Shown in pieces: positions 57,914-64,000 of a stretch of 64,000 nucleotides of DNA (its first letter is position 1; every line of letters begins with the position of its first letter). The translations under genes and the position numbers were made by a program. The notes under the pieces were generated by a model. The model made no database searches. It was not told where the DNA came from and was given only the letters and a program-made list of their open reading frames with translations. Source of the DNA: Candidatus Zixiibacteriota bacterium (GTDB lineage: Bacteria; RBG-13-66-14; B26-G2; WVWN01); contig WVWN01000062.1 in NCBI GenBank assembly GCA_011773985.1, forward strand, positions 132,084-196,083, given 5' to 3'.

Positions 57914-58618
57914 TCACGCCGTTAACCGCCGGACGACCTCCTCGTAGTGTTCCTCGACCGCGCCCAGGTCGAAACGGAAACGGTCCTTATCGAGTACCTC
58001 GCCCGTGGCCGCGTCCCAGATGCGGCAGGTGTCCGGGGAGATCTCGTCGCCCAGGTAGATTTTGCGCCCTCGCTCGCCGAATTCCAGTTTGAAGTCCACT
58101 AGCTCGAGGCCCCGCCTCCTCATATAGTTTCGCAAGACGCGGTTTACCCTGGCCGCTTCTCCTTCGACGTGGCTCAACTTGCGCTCGGTCATATAACCCA
58201 ATACGAGGACGTGGTTGCGGTTCATCATCGGGTCGTGGAGCGCATTCGCCTTGAGGTAGTATTCCAAAATGGGCTTTTTCAGCTCGGTCCCGGGCCCCAA
58301 GCCGTAGCGTTCCGCGAGGCTGCCGGCCACCTTGTTGCGCATCACGATCTCGACGGGAAACATTTTAAGGCGGCGCACGAGGAGCGAACGGCCCTCAACT
58401 TGTTCCAAAAAGTGCGTGAGGATGCCCGCGCGCTCGAGCACCGAGAATAGCTTAGCGGACATCGTCGCGTTGTATACGCCCTTCCCCTTTATCGTGCCCT
58501 TCTTGACGCCGTCGAAGGCGGTCGCGCTGTCTTTGAACTCCGCCCACAAAACCCCCGCCGCGTCCGTCTCGAAAACGCGCTTTGCCTTCCCTTCGTAGAG
58601 AAGTTCACCTTTTCGCAT
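57914..58618 (-). CDS. purC: Phosphoribosylaminoimidazole-succinocarboxamide synthase
   Basis: SAICAR synthetase signature LLYEGKAKRVF. Confidence 0.9.
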   Translation of the reverse strand: MRKGELLYEGKAKRVFETDAAGVLWAEFKDSATAFDGVKKGTIKGKGVYNATMSAKLFSVLERAGILTHFLEQVEGRSLLVRRLKMFPVEIVMRNKVAGSLAERYGLGPGTELKKPILEYYLKANALHDPMMNRNHVLVLGYMTERKLSHVEGEAARVNRVLRNYMRRRGLELVDFKLEFGERGRKIYLGDEISPDTCRIWDAATGEVLDKDRFRFDLGAVEEHYEEVVRRLTA

Positions 58619-58839
58619 CGTTCTCCTCAGCGACGGTTAACACTCGCGGTGCGCCATTTTATAGGAACGCCCCGCCCGTGTCAAATGTTATTTCTGTCCC
58701 GCCTAATTTTTAAGGCGCCGCAAAGCCCGGAGCTTCGTACGCGCGTTCCCGGTTGCCCGAGCCCGGGCGCAGGAACTAAAACGTCTTGCCCTCGCCTGGT
58801 CGACAATATTCACAAAATAATATATAATATTCCATTCCG

Positions 58840-59349
58840 TTAACCCTCCCCGAGCGTAAAACGCCAACTGCAAAACTCTCCCTCCCCCAGTTCATCCGGC
58901 GGGCATTTTATACACGCCGTATTTATACGCTCGTCCACCGCCCGGGCGAACTCGCCAAACTCCACCGTCCCCACCGACTTGCAAGGGAAATCGGCCAAGC
59001 CCTTCCGCCGCCGTGCCTCCTGGACGCGGCACCCCTTCATTTCGAAAGTTAAAGTATTTCCTGATAATTTAACCTCTTGTTCGTTCAGCCAGCTGTACAT
59101 ACGGAATCGCAATGCTTCGGCCAGAGCCGCCAGGCCGCCGCCGGCCTCGATGCCGCGCGCCTCCATAACGCGGCGGGCCTCGAGCGGCGCGAACTTCCGC
59201 CAAGCCTCCCGGTCGTACTTTATCGCCTCCTCCGTCCCCAAGTCTTCCTCCACGGAAAGGAACCAGCAGCCGTCGTGCGCGAGCCAGCATCTCGCGTACG
59301 CCTTGAGAAGCGCCTTCAACTCATCGGCCGTAAGTGCCTCATTATGCAA
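58840..59349 (-). CDS. Hypothetical Cys-containing cytoplasmic protein
   Basis: 169 aa with CWLAHDGCW, KGCRV and CIKCPP motifs. It is 22 nt downstream of the Isf-like gene, so probably co-transcribed. Confidence 0.4.
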   Translation of the reverse strand: MHNEALTADELKALLKAYARCWLAHDGCWFLSVEEDLGTEEAIKYDREAWRKFAPLEARRVMEARGIEAGGGLAALAEALRFRMYSWLNEQEVKLSGNTLTFEMKGCRVQEARRRKGLADFPCKSVGTVEFGEFARAVDERINTACIKCPPDELGEGEFCSWRFTLGEG

Positions 59350-59370
59350 GGTATTTCCTCCTCATTTTTT

Positions 59371-59946
59371 TTATTTTTGTATTTTCTTAACCAGCCAGGC
59401 TACGTTCCGCGCGAGGCTTTCTATGGTCTCGACCCCTTCCTCGTCTTCCAGCGCTTCGCCCTTGGCGCCGCCGAAGGCTATGGGCCAATAGCTCGCGCCC
59501 GGCAAGATCATGCCGTTGATAAGGAAGAAATAATTGAGCTGGGCGACGGTGAAGTTCTGGCCGGCCCGGCGGGCGACGACGATGGGCGCGCCCACTTTGC
59601 GAGACAGTAGGCCGCCGTTCGCGCGCGATACGTAGCCGACGCGGTCGACGAAGGCCGTCATCTCCGCGGTCGCGGCGCCGAAATAAACGGGCGTCGCGAG
59701 CAATAGGCCGTCGGCATCGTATATAGTCGGCAACAGCGGCACCAGGTCGTCGTCGTGGCCGTGGCACCGGCCGTCCCGCTCTTCCCTGCATTTCCCGCAC
59801 GCCCGGCACGGCGATATCTGCTTTCCCGCGAGCAATATCTTCTCGGCCCTTATGCCTTCGCCCGCGATTATTCGGAGCGCGAGCTCGAGCAATTGCTCGC
59901 TGTTGCCGCCCTTTCGCGGCGAACCGCACACGCCAATAACTTCCAT
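59371..59946 (-). CDS. Iron-sulfur flavoprotein / NADPH-dependent FMN reductase family (Isf-like)
   Basis: Flavodoxin-like MEVIGVCGSPRKGGNS followed by a compact Cys cluster, CRACGKCREERDGRCHG. Confidence 0.7.
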   Translation of the reverse strand: MEVIGVCGSPRKGGNSEQLLELALRIIAGEGIRAEKILLAGKQISPCRACGKCREERDGRCHGHDDDLVPLLPTIYDADGLLLATPVYFGAATAEMTAFVDRVGYVSRANGGLLSRKVGAPIVVARRAGQNFTVAQLNYFFLINGMILPGASYWPIAFGGAKGEALEDEEGVETIESLARNVAWLVKKIQK

Positions 59947-60053
59947 TTTATCATCTTCTTCCCCGGGACGCGTCGTTTAAGTTTTATATTAATAAAAACG
60001 CCGCCGCCTTACAAGGGATATAAAATCGTTGCTACAGTTGCACCATCTTATAT

Positions 60054-60079
60054 CTTAAAAAAAGCCGCCGGAAGGGCGG
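60054..60079 (-). terminator. Rho-independent terminator for the OMP gene
   Basis: GCCGCC-ggaag-GGCGGC hairpin followed on the minus strand by TTTTTTT. Confidence 0.6.
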
Positions 60080-60105
60080 CCTATCCCAACGACGGCGCTC
60101 GCGCG

Positions 60106-60810
60106 TTACAGAACCTTAACGGCGAGGCCGAAGGTAACGTGGCTCGCCGCGGCCGTCATCGCGACGCCGCCGTCCGCGAGCTCCATGTCGTATGCGCCGC
60201 GCGTATACTTGTACTCGCCGAACGCGGCAACCCGCCCTGCCAACCAAACCCGGCCGCCCCCGAAGACGCCCCAACACCAATCCCACTGGAACTCGAACGT
60301 CTCTTGCGTGGGCGTCGTCACCTCGACGTGGAGGAGCGCCGGCCCGGCCCCGGCGCCGCCGTAGACTTCGGCACGCCCACCCAACATTCGCGGCCTGTGA
60401 CCGACGAGCCCCTCGAGCAAAAAGAGGTTATTGCCGTGGCTCAGCTCGAGGCGGCTGACGTACCGGCGTATGGGCAGGTTCCCGCCGACGGCCTCGTTGC
60501 GCCAACGGCCGTGGACGCGAACGGCGCGGCTCGTATCGACTATCGCCTTCGCGTGGATGAAGTCGAGGGCGACGCCGAAGCCGGGGTTCCCGGCAAAGAC
60601 GTAGCTCAGTCGACTTCCCCAATAAGGCGGCCGCTTGAAGGACCGGTCCGCGAACGTTACGTCCTCGAAGGCGAGGTCCGTCCCGACGGCCGGCTCGCGC
60701 AGCGTCACGTCGCTCGCGTAATTGAAGGCCTTGCCGGCGTAAACGTCGAGCAAGAGGTCCGCGCGCGCGAAACTCGCGGCCAGCGCCAGCGAAATCGCGA
60801 AGGCCCTCAT
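60106..60810 (-). CDS. Outer-membrane beta-barrel protein (OmpW / OmpA-TM-like)
   Basis: Signal peptide, then alternating amphipathic beta strands. About 210 aa mature. Confidence 0.55.
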   Translation of the reverse strand: MRAFAISLALAASFARADLLLDVYAGKAFNYASDVTLREPAVGTDLAFEDVTFADRSFKRPPYWGSRLSYVFAGNPGFGVALDFIHAKAIVDTSRAVRVHGRWRNEAVGGNLPIRRYVSRLELSHGNNLFLLEGLVGHRPRMLGGRAEVYGGAGAGPALLHVEVTTPTQETFEFQWDWCWGVFGGGRVWLAGRVAAFGEYKYTRGAYDMELADGGVAMTAAASHVTFGLAVKVL

Positions 60811-60938
60811 AAGTAAACCGCTCGCTTTGATTATATTATAATAAAATAGTCAACGCCACGCCGGCGTTCCGGGAGCGCCGGCCGTTACGTAATTAACAAC
60901 CAAGGCCATTCCTATGTTAAATTATCGCCGGCTAAGGC

Positions 60939-62051
60939 ATGAAAAGGTGCGAGATATGCGGTTCGACGGAACGGCTCGTGGCCCGTTCCCTCGCCGTGTG
61001 CCGCAAATGTATCGTCGCGCGGCCCGGGGAAGCGCGGCCGTACGTCGACGAGGCGCACCGGCGCGCCCGCGCGCCCTACGCCCTACCCGCCTTCCCGCCC
61101 GAGGACGGGCCGCTTTGCCGGCGGTGCGGGAACGCGTGCCGCATCGCCGCCGGCGAGCGCGGCTACTGCGGCATGGTCGAAAACCGCGGCGGCCACTTGC
61201 GCGTCCTCGCGACCGTCGACGCAGGTTACCTGGCGTGGTACCACGACTGGCTGCCGACGAACTGCGTCGCCTCGTGGGTATGCCCGGCGGAGACGGGCGC
61301 CGGCTACCCGCAATACGCGCATAGCGAGGGGCCCGAGTTCGGTTATAAAAATCTCGCCGTCTTCTACCACTCCTGCACGTACGACTGCCTCTTCTGCCAG
61401 AACAGCCACTTCCGCGGCCGATACCTGCAAGGGCCGACCTCCTCGGCGGAGCTGGCCGCGGCGGCCGACGAAAAGACGGCCTGCATTTGCTACTTCGGCG
61501 GGGACCCGACCTCCCAACTCGAGCACTCGCTCGCCGCCTCGCGTATGGCCCTGCGGGAGGCGCGCCGACGGGGGCGCGTCCTTCGCGTATGTTGGGAGAC
61601 CAACGGCTCGATGTCGCCGGGCGCCGCTCGCCGCGTGATGGCCGTCGCGCTCGAGAGCGGCGGCTGCGTCAAGTTCGACGTCAAGGCCGCGGACGAAAGC
61701 CTCAACGTGGCGCTGACCGGCGTCTCCAACCGCCGGACTTGGGAGAACCTGGCGCTCCTGGCGGAATACATAGGCCGGCGCCCCTCTCCCCCGCCCCTCG
61801 TCGCGAGCACGCTCCTTGTCCCGGGTTACGTGGACGAGGAAGAGGTCGCCGCCATAGGCCGGCGCCTAGCGGCCCTCGACGAGAACATCCCCTACAGCCT
61901 GCTCGCCTTCTACCCCTGCCACCATATGAGCGATTTGCCCACCACCTCCCGCGAACACGCCGAGCGTTGTTACCGCGCCGCGGAGCGTGCCGGTTTAAAG
62001 AGAATACGTCTGGCTAACGTTCACCTACTTGCAAGCGGCGACTACGAGTAA
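60939..62051 (+). CDS. Radical SAM enzyme with an N-terminal zinc ribbon (PFL-activase / AmmeMemoRadiSam-like)
   Basis: N-terminal CEICGS...CRKC...CRRCGNAC ribbon, then the CX3CX2C motif CTYDCLFC and a glycine-rich SAM motif. Confidence 0.7.
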   Translation: MKRCEICGSTERLVARSLAVCRKCIVARPGEARPYVDEAHRRARAPYALPAFPPEDGPLCRRCGNACRIAAGERGYCGMVENRGGHLRVLATVDAGYLAWYHDWLPTNCVASWVCPAETGAGYPQYAHSEGPEFGYKNLAVFYHSCTYDCLFCQNSHFRGRYLQGPTSSAELAAAADEKTACICYFGGDPTSQLEHSLAASRMALREARRRGRVLRVCWETNGSMSPGAARRVMAVALESGGCVKFDVKAADESLNVALTGVSNRRTWENLALLAEYIGRRPSPPPLVASTLLVPGYVDEEEVAAIGRRLAALDENIPYSLLAFYPCHHMSDLPTTSREHAERCYRAAERAGLKRIRLANVHLLASGDYE

Positions 62052-62200
62052 CGGAAAGCCGGCGCCCGGATTCTCTGGCCGCCGTCTACCGAAGCGTATA
62101 AGTTGAAGCGAGCGCCGGCTTCGTGTATATTTCTTCGACGGCGTAACCTGCCTCCCCGGATTTCGTAATCTTCGCGCACGGGATTGGTGGCATACGCAAA

Positions 62201-64000
62201 ATGCTAAGGCCATTCAATCGACTTTTTAAAAACCCTTTAATATTGCCGGCGGGCCTTTTTGCGTTGACCGCCTTTTTATACGTGTTTCTTACCCGGCCAT
62301 TTATTTGGTACAGCGACGCCGCGGAATTCGTTATCCAGCCGGCCTTCCTCGCGCACGGTCACTACCCGGGGTACCCCTTCCCCGCCCACGTGCTCTACCT
62401 CGCCCACCTTTTGGGGGGCTCGCCGGCCTACTTCGCGAGCGTTATAAATGCGTTGTGCGCCGCCGCGGCGGTCCCCCTGCTCTATCTCGTCTGGCGGGAG
62501 CTTCAGGTACGGCCGTCAATCGCTTTCCCGATGGCGCTGGCCTTCGCCCTGGCGTTGCCGGTATGGGAGACGGCCACCGCCGGGCCCGAGGTATATACGC
62601 TCGAGCTATTAACGGCGGCCGCGGTGCTGTACCTGGCGCTGGCGGCGTTTCGTCGCGACGATAACCGTTACTTCCTCGCCGCGGCGTTCGTCTTCGCGTT
62701 GGCGCTGGGCAACCGCCTTACGTTCGCTTACTTCGCGCCCTGGCTCTTGGCCGTATTCTTCGTCATCAAAAAGAAGCCCGTATCTTTTACGATAGCCCTC
62801 CTCTGGTTCGGCTTATCGGCGTACCTCTTCCTTATCATACGCTGGCATTATTTCGGTAACCAGTGGCCGTTTGTATCCACGATAAATTTAAGGGGCACAT
62901 TAAACTACTTTTCGATGATAATTAATCTCTCGTGCTACGGCGGCGCCGGGGGCGCGTACGCAAACCCGTGGAACCATATCGTCTCAAACTTAATTTTTAC
63001 CATTAAATACGGCCCCCTCATTCTGGCCCTCGTAGGTATCGGCGCCCTCTTCGCTAAGCGCAGAATAAAATGTTCGGTTTTGTTGCTCGGTTTATTATTA
63101 TCTCTATCCGGCTTCCTTTGGCTTTTCCAGGCCTACGTTGGCGAACCGGAACGGCCGTACCTCGTCATACCCTCCTTGATTATTTTTACGCTTGCGGCGG
63201 CCGGGGCGGAGGGGGCGTTACGTTGGCTTATAGGCCGCGGCCTTCGCGTAGCCGTCCTGGCATCGGTCCTCTTCGCGGTCCCCGCGTATTACTTCTTCCA
63301 AAACCGTTTTTTCGCCGACCACCGCTACGACAGGGGGGCCGAATCGTTCGCGCTCGAGGGTACGAAAACTGTTGGCTACGAAAACGCGGTTTGGGGCGAG
63401 CACGCCAACTTCTTGCCCTTCGCGTATTACCACTTCGTGCGCGGCGCCCGGCCGGACCTGACCTACGCCTGCCTTACGGCCGAAGTTTGGGTTAACGCCC
63501 GCGCCAGGTTGAGAAAAGGCAATTTGCCGACCTTTCGCGAACGCGACGACGACCGAAGCGTCCGAAAACCCCGGGCCGCGTACGTTGTTACGTCTTTTCA
63601 AGGGATATCCGATAAACCGTATTATACGCCCCGGTTCGTCCCCGAGGAATTCCTCGCGCGCAAATTTGCGCGACTTCCGCCCGGCGGCCTTTTCGCAGTC
63701 GCTTTCGGCGACGTCGTGCCCCGCGCGACGTCAACGTCCGCGGAGGGCCCGGGCGCGCCGCGATGCGGTAGCGAATCGCCCCGGCCCGCGAAAGACCTCT
63801 TCTGGAAAGCGCCCAGGCGCCGGCTAAAGCTGGCGTGGAAAATCGGCACGGGCGCGTTCGTAGTCGGTCGGGCAAAGGGCGACGGTTTGGAGTTATATGG
63901 CGTCGCAAGCGAAGAATACGGGACCAGCCGCGTACGAATTCCGACCGCGTTCCGCGGCGGCGCGCGGCCCGTCGTCGACTTCACGTTCGTTAGCCCCCCG
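62201..64000 (+). CDS. DUF2723-type (TMEM260/GT-C-like) polytopic membrane protein, 3'-truncated by the window edge
   Basis: ATG at 62201. The frame is open to the window end, consistent with it not being listed in the track. The N-terminal motif WYSDAAEF...HGHYPGYPFPAHVLY matches the DSGE...HPPGYP signature of DUF2723. Many TM helices. Confidence 0.55.
   Translation, partial: MLRPFNRLFKNPLILPAGLFALTAFLYVFLTRPFIWYSDAAEFVIQPAFLAHGHYPGYPFPAHVLYLAHLLGGSPAYFASVINALCAAAAVPLLYLVWRELQVRPSIAFPMALAFALALPVWETATAGPEVYTLELLTAAAVLYLALAAFRRDDNRYFLAAAFVFALALGNRLTFAYFAPWLLAVFFVIKKKPVSFTIALLWFGLSAYLFLIIRWHYFGNQWPFVSTINLRGTLNYFSMIINLSCYGGAGGAYANPWNHIVSNLIFTIKYGPLILALVGIGALFAKRRIKCSVLLLGLLLSLSGFLWLFQAYVGEPERPYLVIPSLIIFTLAAAGAEGALRWLIGRGLRVAVLASVLFAVPAYYFFQNRFFADHRYDRGAESFALEGTKTVGYENAVWGEHANFLPFAYYHFVRGARPDLTYACLTAEVWVNARARLRKGNLPTFRERDDDRSVRKPRAAYVVTSFQGISDKPYYTPRFVPEEFLARKFARLPPGGLFAVAFGDVVPRATSTSAEGPGAPRCGSESPRPAKDLFWKAPRRRLKLAWKIGTGAFVVGRAKGDGLELYGVASEEYGTSRVRIPTAFRGGARPVVDFTFVSPP

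Noticed and set aside
58619-58840. Possible ZTP (pfl) or purine riboswitch in the purC leader
   Set aside because: Read as reverse complement, the leader lacks the conserved CCGCCUGGGC pseudoknot of ZTP and the UAUA...GUUUCUACC core of the purine riboswitch. Only an Infernal scan could settle this.
59755-60816. 353-aa plus-strand ORF spanning the Isf-like and OMP genes. Many similar long Arg/Pro-rich ORFs occur elsewhere, e.g. 1199-2155, 13700-14236, 51567-52295 and 56076-57014.
   Set aside because: These are shadow ORFs on the opposite strand or frame of well-supported genes. They have low-complexity R/G/P composition and no motifs.

Overview
High-GC bacterial chromosomal segment from a diderm (LPS-producing) organism, densely packed with housekeeping genes on both strands. 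Plus strand, 0-37 kb: C_GCAxxG_C_C redox protein, thymidine phosphorylase, a GT-C-like membrane protein, lptA-lptB-rpoN, lpdA-lipA, hpf-ptsN-hprK fused to a complete mannose-family PTS (IIA, IIB, 215-bp gap, IIC, IID, HPr, EI), tsaE-tsaB-rimI, nadA-nadC-merR, two tRNA-Pro genes bracketing a low-GC pair of paralogous tail-anchored proteins, a LOG-like protein, acyP, a sigma-70 factor, apt, tRNA-Arg, then an envelope-protein cluster (DUF4339x3-RDD, LpoB/TolB-N-like, TPR, SppA, DUF4349 lipoprotein) ending in IHF/HU and an unlisted 29-aa lysine-rich ORF resembling ribosomal protein bS22. Minus strand, 20-23 kb and 37-60 kb: queE-X-queC-queD-coaE, glgA, nrdR-lptC-kdsD-kdsA, an M3-like peptidase, uracil-DNA glycosylase, coaBC, gmk, tsaC, a pur cluster (purE, purD, purH, dCMP deaminase, purM, purF, purC) interrupted by membrane and secreted proteins, an Isf-like flavoprotein and an OmpW-like beta-barrel. 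The window ends with an orphan radical SAM enzyme and a truncated DUF2723-type membrane protein. No CRISPR array, integrase, transposase or obvious defence genes were seen. The most unusual locus is the tRNA-Pro-bracketed, AT-richer tandem pair of uncharacterised tail-anchored paralogs at 26.7-28.4 kb. Other items: the candidate bS22 peptide next to a strikingly AT-rich intergenic island, four large GT-C-like membrane proteins scattered through the window, and an Lpt/KDO gene set split between two distant loci. The ORF track translates GTG/TTG starts as M, so several starts were re-placed using RBS and overlap logic. All family assignments are by eye from motifs and should be confirmed with HMM searches.
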